Below, piece after piece: positions 47,457-56,871 of a DNA stretch of 64,000 nt (its first letter is position 1; every line of letters starts with the position of its first letter). This DNA is from an uncultured Comamonadaceae bacterium (lineage in GTDB: Bacteria; Pseudomonadota; Gammaproteobacteria; Burkholderiales; Burkholderiaceae_C), in contig CBHWBD010000003.1 of assembly GCA_966111775.1 (NCBI GenBank), positions 2,300 through 66,299 on the forward strand. The letters run 5' to 3'. Made by a program: the position numbers and the translations under genes. The notes under the pieces were generated by a model, which saw nothing but the letters and a program-made list of their open reading frames with translations, searched no databases and had not been told where the DNA came from.

Positions 47457-48080
47457 ATGAAGCGCCGTGCCGTCCTGTTGACCTTGTTGCCGCTGGCGGC
47501 CGTGGCCGCGCCACCAGCCGTCACTTTCGTGGTCGAGCTGCGCTGGGTGGACAGCAATCTGCCGCCCGCCGCCCAGGCCGGCGTGCGCGACGGCGCCGTC
47601 GTCGTCGGCACGGCCGGCTCGGTGTCGCCACGCGGGCCCGGCGTGGTCACCTCGACCGCGCAGCCCCTGCCGCAGACGGTCCAGCGCCTGCTGGTGCAGA
47701 ACGGCCAGCGCACCGCCCAGCGGCTGACGACGCGCGAACCTCTGCAATGGGTGGACGCCGTCGTCCAGCTCGACCCGACCACCCGCACGCCGCAGCGTGT
47801 CTATGCCAGCCCGCGCAGCGGTGAACGCCGCACGACGCAGAGCTTTGCCGTGAAACCCAGCTGGCCTGGCGGCAAGGCGCTGGTTCATGTCGAGTTCGAC
47901 ATCGACATGGACGACCAGGCCCTCCAGTCGACCCTGGACCTGCCGCTGGAGCGTTGGCAGACCGTGGCCCGCAGCGGCGGCGCCACGACGCAGCCCGCCC
48001 CCCGCGGCACCGTCAGCAGCCGCGACGCGGCCGGCCAGCCGGAGCGCGAGCTGCAGCTGCGGGTCTCGATTCAGCCTTGA
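47457..48080 (+). CDS. Secreted hypothetical protein
   Basis: Signal peptide MKRRAVLL; beta-rich; host-like codons. Confidence 0.65.
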   Translation: MKRRAVLLTLLPLAAVAAPPAVTFVVELRWVDSNLPPAAQAGVRDGAVVVGTAGSVSPRGPGVVTSTAQPLPQTVQRLLVQNGQRTAQRLTTREPLQWVDAVVQLDPTTRTPQRVYASPRSGERRTTQSFAVKPSWPGGKALVHVEFDIDMDDQALQSTLDLPLERWQTVARSGGATTQPAPRGTVSSRDAAGQPERELQLRVSIQP

Positions 48081-48874
48081 GGCTGGTTGGCGGCGTTCAG
48101 GGCGCCGTTGATCTGCGGATAGGGCGTCGCGCCTTCGAACAGCTCGTTGCCGGCGCCTTCGGCCAGGAAACCCGCTGCGGCCCGCAGAGCCCGGCCCCAG
48201 GCCGCCTCGGCAATCGCGCTGCCCGCGCTGATGCGGCGCACGCCCAGGCGCTGCAGTTCCTCCAGGCCGGGCAGGGTCGGCCGGGCCATCACGTTCAGCG
48301 GCAGGGGCTGGCCGCCCACCAGGGCCTGGATGTCGGCCACGACCGTCACGCCGGCCGCGAACAGGCCATCGGCGCCGGCGGCGGCGTAGTCGCGCGCCCG
48401 CAGCAGCACCTCCTCGACCGCCCGGCCGGGCGCCAGGTTCTTCAGCCAGACATCGCAACGGGCATTGATGAAGATGTCGAGGCCGGCCCGGGCCGCCGCC
48501 GTCTTGATGGCTTCGATCTTGCGGCACAGCAGGGCGGGCGCACCGGTGCCATCCTCCAGATTGATGCCGACCACGCCGGCCGCGGCGAACTTCATGATGT
48601 TGTCGGCCACGGTCGTGGGGTCATCGCTGTAGCCGGCCTCGCTGTCGGCGGACAGCGGCACGCGGGCGACGCGGGCGATGCGGCGCAGGGCGTCGGCATG
48701 CTCGTCGACGGGCAGCTGGTTGCCGTCGGGGTAGCCCAGGGCCCAGGCCAGGCCGGCGCTGGTGGTGGCCAGGGCGGGCACGCCCTGTGCCTGCACCAGG
48801 ACGGCACTGCCGGCGTCCCAGACATTGGCGATCTTCAGGAGCCCGGGGCCCTGGTGGAGCTGGCGGAAGTTCAT
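48071..48874 (-). CDS. Isocitrate lyase/PEP-mutase superfamily protein
   Basis: NVWDAGSA, ATTSAG, D.EAGY, GINLED, NARCD, AGADGLF. Confidence 0.9.
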   Translation of the reverse strand: MNFRQLHQGPGLLKIANVWDAGSAVLVQAQGVPALATTSAGLAWALGYPDGNQLPVDEHADALRRIARVARVPLSADSEAGYSDDPTTVADNIMKFAAAGVVGINLEDGTGAPALLCRKIEAIKTAAARAGLDIFINARCDVWLKNLAPGRAVEEVLLRARDYAAAGADGLFAAGVTVVADIQALVGGQPLPLNVMARPTLPGLEELQRLGVRRISAGSAIAEAAWGRALRAAAGFLAEGAGNELFEGATPYPQINGALNAANQPQG

Positions 48875-49065
48875 GAGGTTCAGGCGGTTGGCGAGTTGGA
48901 GAGGCGATGCTGCCCGGGGGCGCTGCCAGGCCGTGGCAGCAGGGCGACGGCGGGTACGTCGAGTAACAGCCGCTGCCAGTGTCGCAATGTGCCAAGTCTT
49001 GCGCGTTTATGTTCACGTCTTGCGTGTAACGTCAATCCTTTGCAGAACTCATCGCCTTTCAGCCC

Positions 49066-49434
49066 ATGAAGCTTGCCCTGATCGCCCACGACGGCAAGAA
49101 GGACGCCATGCTCGCCCTGGCCGGAGACTTCCTGCCGCTGCTGCGCCGTTGCCAGCTGATGGCCACCGGCACGACGGGCACGCGGCTCACCGCCACCCAT
49201 GGCCTGACCATCGAGCGCATGCTGAGCGGCCCGATGGGCGGCGACCTGCAGATCGGTGCCCGTCTGGCGGTGGGCGACCTGGACGGGGTCATCTTCCTGC
49301 GCGATCCGATGACGCCCCAGCCGCACGAACCCGACATCAACGCCCTGGTGCGCGCCTGCGACGTGCACGACGTGCCCTGCGCCACCAATGTGGCGACGGC
49401 GCGCCTGCTGCTGACGCGCTGGAGCGCCGAATGA
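49066..49434 (+). CDS. mgsA: Methylglyoxal synthase
   Basis: IAHDGKK, ATGTTG, SGPMGGD.QIG, PHEPD, ATN. Confidence 0.93.
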   Translation: MKLALIAHDGKKDAMLALAGDFLPLLRRCQLMATGTTGTRLTATHGLTIERMLSGPMGGDLQIGARLAVGDLDGVIFLRDPMTPQPHEPDINALVRACDVHDVPCATNVATARLLLTRWSAE

Positions 49435-49456
49435 CCCCACGGGAGCCGGCCCAGGG

Positions 49457-51565
49457 ATGAGCGGCATGCAGCGGCCCCTCAGCAGGCTGTCGCGGCGGCT
49501 GCGCATCCGCACCCGCCTGGGCCTGGCCTTCGGCCTGCTGCTGTTGTTGCTGATGGGCCTGGCGGCCCTGTCGGTGTATCGCCTGACCGGGCTCTCGGAG
49601 GCGCTGAACCGCATCGTCGACGACCAGGCCGTCATCCGCGACTCGGTCAACGAGATCAACCGCAACGCCGAAGCCGTGGCGCGCAAGCTGCTGGTGCTGA
49701 TGAGCCCCGACGCCGAGCTGCGCGTGTCCGCCTATCCCGAGATCAATGCCGCCAACAACCGGCTGGACGATGCCATGCAGCGCCTGGCCATGGTGCTGCC
49801 TTCCGGCCCGCGCACCGAGCGCCTGTCCGAGGTGCGCCAGCGCCTGGCCGACTACCGCGCCAGCTACGTCGACGTGCGCGGCCTCATCGAGCGTGACGAC
49901 TTCCAGGCCGCGCGCGCCCTGCTGGGCAGTGACACCGAGTCGGCCCTGTCCCTGTTCGTCAGCGCCATCCACCAGCTGGCCGCCAGCGAGGAGCGTGCCG
50001 GCACGGCCCAGGCCCGCGAGCTGCGCGACCAGATCGACGCCGACCGCACCGGCGTGCTGGCCATCTGCATAGGCGCCCTCATTGCCGGCGCCCTGCTGGC
50101 AGTCGGCGTCACGCGCTCCATCATCAACCCCCTCAAGCGCGCCGAGGACGGCGCCGAGCTGATCGCCCAAGGCCAGTACGGCCACCGCATCGAGGTCGAC
50201 TCGGCCGACGAGGTCGGCCATATGGCCGCCGCCATGAACACCATGGCCGAGGCCGTGGGCCAGCGCGAGGCCGAGCTGCGCCGCCTCGCCGACGTCGACC
50301 TGCTGACCGGCCTGCCCCAGCGCGCCCGCTTCATCGCCGACGGCGATCGCCTGCTGGCCAGCCTGCCCGAGCGCGAGCAGCAGGCCGTGCTGATCTGCAT
50401 CGACGTGGACCGCCTCAAGGCCGTCAACAGCGTGCTCGGCTTCGACGCCGGCGACGCCCTGCTGCGCGGTGCCGCCGCCAAGCTGGAGGGTTTGTTCGAG
50501 GGCGTGGCCGCCTATGGCCGCCTGGCCGGTGGCACCTTCGCCGCTCTGGCCCCGGTGTCCAGGCTGGACCACGGCGCGGCACTGGCCGCCCAGCTGCGCG
50601 AGGAGGTCGAGCACAAGCTGAACTGGCAGGGCCAGTCCCTGGACCTGTCGGTGTCACTGGGCGTGGCCCACTGGCCGGAACACGCGGCCGACACCGAGGC
50701 CCTGCTGCGCCGCGCCGAGCAGGCCATGTTCGAGGCCAAGCGCCTGCGCCAGGACGTCGCCGTCTTCAACCCCAGTGCCGAAGCCGCGCGCGCCCTGCAT
50801 CTGAGCCTGCTGTCCGACCTGGCCACCGCCATCCAGCAGGACCAGCTGCGCCAGTTCCTGCAGCCCAAGCGCTGCCTGAAGACCGGCCGCATCACCGGCG
50901 CCGAGGCCCTGGTGCGCTGGCAGCATCCGCAGCGCGGCTGGCTGCCGCCGGGCGATTTCGTGCCCTTTGCCGAGCGCAGCGGGCGCATCCGCCAGATCAC
51001 CGACTGGATGCTGGCGCGCGCCGTGCGCACCCTGGCCGCCTGGGAGGTCGAGGGCCGCCCGCCCATGAGCATCGCCGTCAACATCTCGACCCTGGACATC
51101 CAGGACCAGACCCTGCCCGCCCGCCTGGCTGCCCTGCTGGCCGAATACCGCGTCGACCCCAGTCAGCTGCAGCTGGAAGTGACCGAAACCGGCCTGATGT
51201 CCAGCGGCACCGACCCCATCGCCGTGCTGAACGCGCTGAAGGCCTGGGGCGTCAGCCTGGCCATCGACGACTTCGGCACGGGTCAGTCGTCGCTGGCCTA
51301 TCTGCAACACCTGCCGGTGGACGAGCTCAAGATCGACCGCAGCTTCGTGCAGGACGTCAACGGCGACCCGCGTCGCCAGGCCCTGCTGAAATCCATCGTC
51401 GGCGTCGGCCAGGGCCTGGGCCTGACCGTGACGGCCGAGGGCGTCGAGAACCAGGCCGAGCTCGACTGCATCACCGCCTGCGGCTGTGATTTGATCCAGG
51501 GTTATCTGCTGGCCAAGCCCATGGATCTGCCCGACTTCCAGGCCTGGCTGGGCCGGACAGGCTAA
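49457..51565 (+). CDS. Membrane HAMP-GGDEF(degenerate)-EAL phosphodiesterase
   Basis: 2 TM segments plus HAMP; AGGTF in place of GGDEF; EALVRW, DDFGTG, KIDRSF, EGVE. Confidence 0.9.
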   Translation: MSGMQRPLSRLSRRLRIRTRLGLAFGLLLLLLMGLAALSVYRLTGLSEALNRIVDDQAVIRDSVNEINRNAEAVARKLLVLMSPDAELRVSAYPEINAANNRLDDAMQRLAMVLPSGPRTERLSEVRQRLADYRASYVDVRGLIERDDFQAARALLGSDTESALSLFVSAIHQLAASEERAGTAQARELRDQIDADRTGVLAICIGALIAGALLAVGVTRSIINPLKRAEDGAELIAQGQYGHRIEVDSADEVGHMAAAMNTMAEAVGQREAELRRLADVDLLTGLPQRARFIADGDRLLASLPEREQQAVLICIDVDRLKAVNSVLGFDAGDALLRGAAAKLEGLFEGVAAYGRLAGGTFAALAPVSRLDHGAALAAQLREEVEHKLNWQGQSLDLSVSLGVAHWPEHAADTEALLRRAEQAMFEAKRLRQDVAVFNPSAEAARALHLSLLSDLATAIQQDQLRQFLQPKRCLKTGRITGAEALVRWQHPQRGWLPPGDFVPFAERSGRIRQITDWMLARAVRTLAAWEVEGRPPMSIAVNISTLDIQDQTLPARLAALLAEYRVDPSQLQLEVTETGLMSSGTDPIAVLNALKAWGVSLAIDDFGTGQSSLAYLQHLPVDELKIDRSFVQDVNGDPRRQALLKSIVGVGQGLGLTVTAEGVENQAELDCITACGCDLIQGYLLAKPMDLPDFQAWLGRTG

Positions 51566-51633
51566 AATCCGCGCTTTTCGACGCTGTATTGGCGATTCGC
51601 CCCTGCTGTGGGCTTTTGTGTTTAGGAGCCATC

Positions 51634-51798
51634 ATGGGCAACAAGATCGTTACCGAAGCGGACCGCAAGGCCTCGCCCCGTCCCGCCGCCCCCAAGGGCG
51701 TGACCTTCACGGCCGGCAAGGGCCAGCTGCGCAGCCTGGAGCGCGGTTCGCACACCCGTTCCAAGAAGAACCCGGGCAAGCGCCCCCATTCGGGTTGA
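51634..51798 (+). CDS. Small (54 aa) basic hypothetical protein
   Basis: AGGAG RBS, host-like codons, own terminator. Confidence 0.7.
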   Translation: MGNKIVTEADRKASPRPAAPKGVTFTAGKGQLRSLERGSHTRSKKNPGKRPHSG

Positions 51799-51831
51799 TC
51801 GGCGGGCTCAAGTCCTGAAGATCCCTCGCAC

Positions 51832-51859
51832 ACAGGCCCCTCGGGGCCTGTTTGTTTTT
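51832..51859 (+). terminator. Intrinsic terminator
   Basis: ACAGGCCCC-TC-GGGGCCTGT followed by TTGTTTTT. Confidence 0.8.
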
Positions 51860-51888
51860 GTCGGCTAGAAACTGACCAGACAGACACC

Positions 51889-53589
51889 ATGATCCGCATC
51901 AACGAACTCCGCCTGCCGCTGAACCATGCCGAGGAAGCCCTGCGCCCCGCAGCGCTCGCCCGGCTGAAGCTGGCCGATGCCGAACTCGCCGGCATCCACA
52001 TCGCCCGCCGCGGCTACGACGCCCGCAAGCGCAGCGACATCCAGCTGGTCTACACGCTGGACTGCACGCTGGCCGAGGGCGTCGACGAAGCCGCCGTGCT
52101 GGCCCGCTTTGCCGGCGACCACCAGATCCGCCCCACGCCCGACACTGGTTATCACTTCCTGGCGCAGGTTGGCGAGTACACCGGCCCGCGCCCCGTCGTC
52201 GTCGGCTTCGGCCCCTGCGGCCTGTTCGCCGCGCTCATCCTGGCCCAGATGGGCCTGCGCCCCATCGTGCTGGAACGCGGCAAGGCGGTGCGGGAGCGCA
52301 CGCAGGACACCTGGGGCCTGTGGCGCGAGCAGAAGCTGCACCCCGAGAGCAATGTGCAGTTCGGCGAGGGCGGCGCCGGCACCTTCTCCGACGGCAAGCT
52401 CTACAGCCAGATCTCCGACCCGCGCCATCTGACGCGCAAGGTGCTGACCGAGTTCGTCAAGGCCGGCGCGCCCGAAGAGATCCTGTTCGTCAGCAAGCCC
52501 CATATCGGCACCTTCCGCCTGGTCAGCATGATCATCAAGATGCGGGCCGACATCGAGGCCCTGGGCGGCGAGATCCGCTTCCAGCAGAAGATGACGGATC
52601 TGCTGATCGAGGACGGCGCGGTGCGCGGCGTGCAACTCGAATCGGGCGAACAGATCAGCACCACCCACGTCGTCATCGCCCTGGGCCACAGCGCCCGCGA
52701 CACCTTCAAGATGCTGCACGAGCGCGGTGTGCAGATGGAGGCCAAGCCCTTTTCCATCGGCTACCGCATCGAGCATCCGCAAAGCCTCATCGACGCGGCC
52801 CGCTTCGGGGCGGCGGCCGGCAACGAGATCCTCGGCGCGGCCGACTACAAGCTGGTCCATCACGCCAAGAACGGCCGCTCGGTCTACAGCTTCTGCATGT
52901 GCCCCGGCGGCACCGTGGTGGCCGCGACGAGCGAGGAAAACCGCGTCGTCACCAACGGCATGAGCCAGTACTCGCGCAACGAGCGCAATGCCAACGCCGG
53001 CATCGTCGTCGGCCTGACGCCCGAGGACTACCGCCAGGACGGCAAGCGCGACGGCAGCCCGGTGAACCCGCTGGACGGCATGGCCTTCCAGCGCATCTGG
53101 GAAAGCCGCGCCTACGAGCTGGGCGGCGGTGGCTATCTCGCCCCGGGCTCGCTGGTGGGCGACTTCATCAAGCGCCAGGTCAGCAAGGAATTCGGCGACG
53201 TGGCACCGAGCTACAAACCGGGCGTCACGCTGACCAATCTGCAAGAGAAGGGCCGCGGCTCACTGCCGACCTACGCGCTGGAAGCCATCCGCGAAGCCCT
53301 GCCCGCCTTCGCCCGCCAGATCCGCGGCTTCGATAGGCCCGATGCGGTGCTGACCGGCGTGGAGACGCGCACGTCCTCACCGCTGCGCATCAACCGTGGG
53401 CGCGACTACCAGAGCGTCAATGTGCGCGGCCTGTTCCCGGCCGGCGAAGGTGCTGGGTATGCGGGCGGCATCATGTCGGCTGGGGTCGACGGCATCGAGG
53501 TGGCGGAGGCGCTGGCCGCGGACCTGCTGGGCATGCCGGATGCGCCGGTGCTGCAGGGCAAGGGGGCGAAGGCGGGCGGGCAGGTTTGA
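51889..53589 (+). CDS. NAD(P)/FAD-dependent oxidoreductase
   Basis: GFGPCG, FGEGGAGTFSDGKL, FCMCPGG, ETRTSSP, GEGAGYAGGI. Confidence 0.92.
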   Translation: MIRINELRLPLNHAEEALRPAALARLKLADAELAGIHIARRGYDARKRSDIQLVYTLDCTLAEGVDEAAVLARFAGDHQIRPTPDTGYHFLAQVGEYTGPRPVVVGFGPCGLFAALILAQMGLRPIVLERGKAVRERTQDTWGLWREQKLHPESNVQFGEGGAGTFSDGKLYSQISDPRHLTRKVLTEFVKAGAPEEILFVSKPHIGTFRLVSMIIKMRADIEALGGEIRFQQKMTDLLIEDGAVRGVQLESGEQISTTHVVIALGHSARDTFKMLHERGVQMEAKPFSIGYRIEHPQSLIDAARFGAAAGNEILGAADYKLVHHAKNGRSVYSFCMCPGGTVVAATSEENRVVTNGMSQYSRNERNANAGIVVGLTPEDYRQDGKRDGSPVNPLDGMAFQRIWESRAYELGGGGYLAPGSLVGDFIKRQVSKEFGDVAPSYKPGVTLTNLQEKGRGSLPTYALEAIREALPAFARQIRGFDRPDAVLTGVETRTSSPLRINRGRDYQSVNVRGLFPAGEGAGYAGGIMSAGVDGIEVAEALAADLLGMPDAPVLQGKGAKAGGQV

Positions 53590-53597
53590 GCCATCGC

Positions 53598-54491
53598 TCA
53601 CTTTCCCCGACAAGCGACCGCAACCAGTTGGGCACCGAGGCTATTGCTTGACGCAACTTCAGGCTGAGCGGTCGCAGCCCTTGGCATCTCCAGCAGATTC
53701 CTGCCGACTGCGGCGCGCCCTTCAAACTCTGATCTTCTGACAGACACTGTGGTGCGGGCGCTGCAATCGATCATGAACTCCTGCCGAACCGACCGTCGAC
53801 ACGCCCGGACATTCGTTGACAGCACAGCTCTTGAATATTCAGTGTGGATGAGGGCAATTGCTTGGTCAGGCTTTGTCTTTGAAGAGACCGCTTGGATGAA
53901 GGTGAGATTGCCGTCAACATCCTTCATCGGGGGGCCCCATTGCGGGCCGAGAAAGTCGGCAATGCGCTTCGCAAATGTGGCAGACGAGACGGACTCAGTA
54001 GCGACGCTTAAGCCTGCTTTGTCTTGAGCGCTCGCTTGCTTCAAGGCTTTGTTCAAGCTTGCAGTGCAGATGTCAGCCACCTGTTCTTCCTTGAAATCGG
54101 TGGCGTAAATCAAATGCCATCCGAACTCTGATTTGATCGGTGCAGAAAGCGTCCTCGGCGACAACGAAAACAAGCCTTGGTCGAAAGATTTGACCATTTC
54201 ACTCTGTTGAATCACGCCTAGATCGCCGCCCTGGGGCGCTGAGCCTGGGTCTTTGCTTTCCGCGCGTGCCGCTCGCTGAAACTGTTCAAACAGTTCTGCA
54301 CCTTGCAGGTTCACGAGGCGGCGATGCATTTCCTGCGCTTCCTGTACGGAAGTGAACATGATGTGATACGTCCGTGCAGACCTCAGCGTGTCTGTTTCAT
54401 CCCTTTCCCCCCAGGGAGTGATCGCGAAACACGGACTTGAACTTACGCCCACAACGGTGAGCGCCAGTCCGGCCAATAGTTTGTTCTTCAA
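53598..54491 (-). CDS. Exported PpiC/parvulin peptidyl-prolyl isomerase with an extra C-terminal domain (low GC)
   Basis: HIM, AR.ES.DPGSA.QGGDLG, IKSEFGWHLI; TTG start after GAGG. Confidence 0.82.
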   Translation of the reverse strand: MKNKLLAGLALTVVGVSSSPCFAITPWGERDETDTLRSARTYHIMFTSVQEAQEMHRRLVNLQGAELFEQFQRAARAESKDPGSAPQGGDLGVIQQSEMVKSFDQGLFSLSPRTLSAPIKSEFGWHLIYATDFKEEQVADICTASLNKALKQASAQDKAGLSVATESVSSATFAKRIADFLGPQWGPPMKDVDGNLTFIQAVSSKTKPDQAIALIHTEYSRAVLSTNVRACRRSVRQEFMIDCSARTTVSVRRSEFEGRAAVGRNLLEMPRAATAQPEVASSNSLGAQLVAVACRGK

Positions 54492-54495
54492 AGCC

Positions 54496-55134
54496 TCAAT
54501 CCTCCGAAAACCGTTCTCGCCACAGCGCCGCCAGTCGCGGCTCCTCGTCAACGCGCTTGATCACCTCCGCCATGCGCGGCGCCGCTGCACAGAAGCGCTC
54601 ACGCCAAGGCCCGAAGCGAGAGATAACGGCGACATAGAGGTCCAGCACGGTCAGCTCATCACCCAGCAGATATCGTCCGGGCGTCAGCTGCGCATCCATA
54701 TTGCCCCAGCAGAAAGCGATGCGCTCGTGCACCGCATCGACAACGGCGTCGCGCGCACTCTCGGGTGCGCCGATGCGCCTCACGTCCGGCTTGATCCAGT
54801 GCAGCGAATAGATCGCTGACGACACGTACAGCATCCAGCGCAGGAACTGCCGTCTCAGCGGATCGTCGGGCGCCGGCGCCAACCGCGCCTCGGGATACAG
54901 GTCCGCCAGATAGATGAGGATGGCCGCGCTCTCGGTCATGACCTCACCGTCCGGCAACACCAGCGTCGGAATCTGGCGCATCGCATTCGCGGGCGCGACG
55001 CGCTCACGCGCGGCGGCTTCGGCCCAGGTGGCGCCTTCGATCAGCTGGAAGGGCAGGCCCAGCAGCGTCAGCGTGGCCTCGATGGCGACAGAACCCGAGG
55101 CCGCGGCACCGTAAAGGATGAACGGAGCCGTCAT
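54496..55134 (-). CDS. Glutathione S-transferase
   Basis: QIPTL, TESAAIL.YL, YLLGDELTVLDLY. Confidence 0.9.
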   Translation of the reverse strand: MTAPFILYGAAASGSVAIEATLTLLGLPFQLIEGATWAEAAARERVAPANAMRQIPTLVLPDGEVMTESAAILIYLADLYPEARLAPAPDDPLRRQFLRWMLYVSSAIYSLHWIKPDVRRIGAPESARDAVVDAVHERIAFCWGNMDAQLTPGRYLLGDELTVLDLYVAVISRFGPWRERFCAAAPRMAEVIKRVDEEPRLAALWRERFSED

Positions 55135-55370
55135 GGCCCCGCCATCATCTCGATCAGCTCCTTCGCAAACGCCAGCGCCTCCTCCGGCGTCTCGAAATGC
55201 ATCTCGTTGTTGAGTTCATCCACGTCGCCGCCAGGCCCCTTGTGGACGACCGACCAACCGCCCGCACCGCCGTCGATGGCGAGCACGCCGAACTGGCCCG
55301 GCTCGAGGTCGCGGGCGCTGCCGCCGGTGACGACGATGTCGCGGCCCAAGTGGGAGTGGTAGCGTCTCAT
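55131..55370 (-). CDS. Hypothetical protein (start 55370-55385)
   Basis: ATGA overlap with GST; GAAAAT -10-like element 7 nt before the ATG at 55370. Confidence 0.6.
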   Translation of the reverse strand: MRRYHSHLGRDIVVTGGSARDLEPGQFGVLAIDGGAGGWSVVHKGPGGDVDELNNEMHFETPEEALAFAKELIEMMAGP

Positions 55371-55396
55371 CCAACCCATTTTCACGGAGACCCTGC

Positions 55397-55678
55397 ATGA
55401 AGGCAGTCTGGAACGGCGTGACCATCGCCGAGAGCAACGACACGGTGGTCGTCGAAGGCAACCACTATTTCCCGCCCGAGGCGCTGAACAAGCAGTACAC
55501 GACCTTCAGCAACCACGTCAGCCGCTGCCCCTGGAAGGGCGAGGCCAAGTATCTGAGCCTGCTGATCAACGGCGAGATGAATACCGACGCCGTCTGGTAC
55601 TACCCCGACCCGCTGCCGGCCGCGGCCGAGATCAAGGGCCGATACGCCTTCTGGAAGGGCGTCAAGGTTTCGGAGTGA
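55397..55678 (+). CDS. DUF427 protein
   Basis: IAES, VEGNHYFP, CPWKGEA.Y, W.YP.P. Confidence 0.92.
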   Translation: MKAVWNGVTIAESNDTVVVEGNHYFPPEALNKQYTTFSNHVSRCPWKGEAKYLSLLINGEMNTDAVWYYPDPLPAAAEIKGRYAFWKGVKVSE

Positions 55679-56765
55679 AGCCTTCAGGCCACAGCGCCCA
55701 CAGCCGCAGCGGCTGCTTGGTGCGGCCGGCCTGCACCGCGGCTTCGTCGCCCCAGCCCCAGAACAGGTCGGCGCGTACGGCGCCCTGGATGGCACCACCG
55801 GTGTCCTGGGCCAGCACCAGGCGGCGCAGCGGCGTCGTGCTCCAGGGCTCGGTGCTGTCCAGCCACAGGGGCGTGCCCAGCGCGATATAGCCGCGGTCGA
55901 TGGCGACCGAGCGGCCTGGCGTCAGCGGAACGCCCTGGGCGCCTCGCGGGCCCCGCGTCGCGTCGGGCAGGGCCTCCTCGCGGAAGTAGACGACGCGCGG
56001 GTTGACGGCCAGGGCCTCGCGCACCTTGCCCGGATTGCGGCGCGCCCAGTCGCTCAGGGTGCGCGGCGTCGCGTCGCTCACTTCGCCACGATCCAGCAGC
56101 GGCCGCACGACCGACTGGAAGGGCTGGTCGTTGTGGCCGGCAAAGGCGACGCGGCTGACGCGGTCGGCGCCATTGGCGTCGCGCATGACGAGACGGCCCG
56201 AACCCTGGATCTGCAGCTGCAGCAGCGCGAAGGGGTCGTCGACGTAGGCCAATTCCAGCGCCGCGAAGCGCGGGTTGGCGTCCACATCGCGGCGCGGCAG
56301 TCGGCGCAGCGCCAAATCGTTCGGCAGGGCATGCAGCGGCCACTGGAAGGCACCCTGGCGGCTGCGGCTGGCGGCGAGCTGGGGCTCGAAATAGCCGGTC
56401 AGCAGGCCGGTGGCCTCGCCGCCGTCGGCACTCAGCCGCCAGGGTCGCAGATGCTTCATCAGGAAGACTGTCGCCTCGAGCGGATCGACCGGCGCTTGCA
56501 GCGCAGCCCGGGCGCAGAACTCGGCCCAGCCGGGCGCGGGGCGTTGGCAGCTGGCCAGCAGGGCCGGCCAGGCGGCCAGCAGGTCGTCATTGCCCCAGCC
56601 AGGCAACTCCTTCCAGTCGACGGCGACCCAGCGCGCGGCGGCGGCGCGCGGCGGCGTCTGGCTGGGTACCGATGGGGTGGCCGATGGCGTTTGCAGCGGC
56701 GGCGAGGAGCAGGCGACCAGGCTTCCTAGAATGGCGGCCAGCCCCAACCGCGTCCACCCCGCCAT
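55662..56765 (-). CDS. mltA: Membrane-bound lytic murein transglycosylase A
   Basis: Lipobox LVAC, TGYFEP, QIQGSG, NPRVVYF, QDTGGAI.G..RADLFWG. Confidence 0.9.
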   Translation of the reverse strand: MAGWTRLGLAAILGSLVACSSPPLQTPSATPSVPSQTPPRAAAARWVAVDWKELPGWGNDDLLAAWPALLASCQRPAPGWAEFCARAALQAPVDPLEATVFLMKHLRPWRLSADGGEATGLLTGYFEPQLAASRSRQGAFQWPLHALPNDLALRRLPRRDVDANPRFAALELAYVDDPFALLQLQIQGSGRLVMRDANGADRVSRVAFAGHNDQPFQSVVRPLLDRGEVSDATPRTLSDWARRNPGKVREALAVNPRVVYFREEALPDATRGPRGAQGVPLTPGRSVAIDRGYIALGTPLWLDSTEPWSTTPLRRLVLAQDTGGAIQGAVRADLFWGWGDEAAVQAGRTKQPLRLWALWPEGFTPKP

Positions 56766-56871
56766 GCTGTTACTCGTCCTCGAAGCCCTCGGCGCGCTGC
56801 TGATCTTCGTCTTCATCATCTGGTGGACCATGTTCTCGGGCCGCAACAAGGGCGAGCGCCGCGAGGATTAA
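56764..56871 (+). CDS. Small (35 aa) single-TM protein
   Basis: MLLLVLEALGALLIFVFIIWWTMFSGRNKGERRED; host-like codons; TAGAAT at 56728. Confidence 0.6.
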   Translation: MLLLVLEALGALLIFVFIIWWTMFSGRNKGERRED

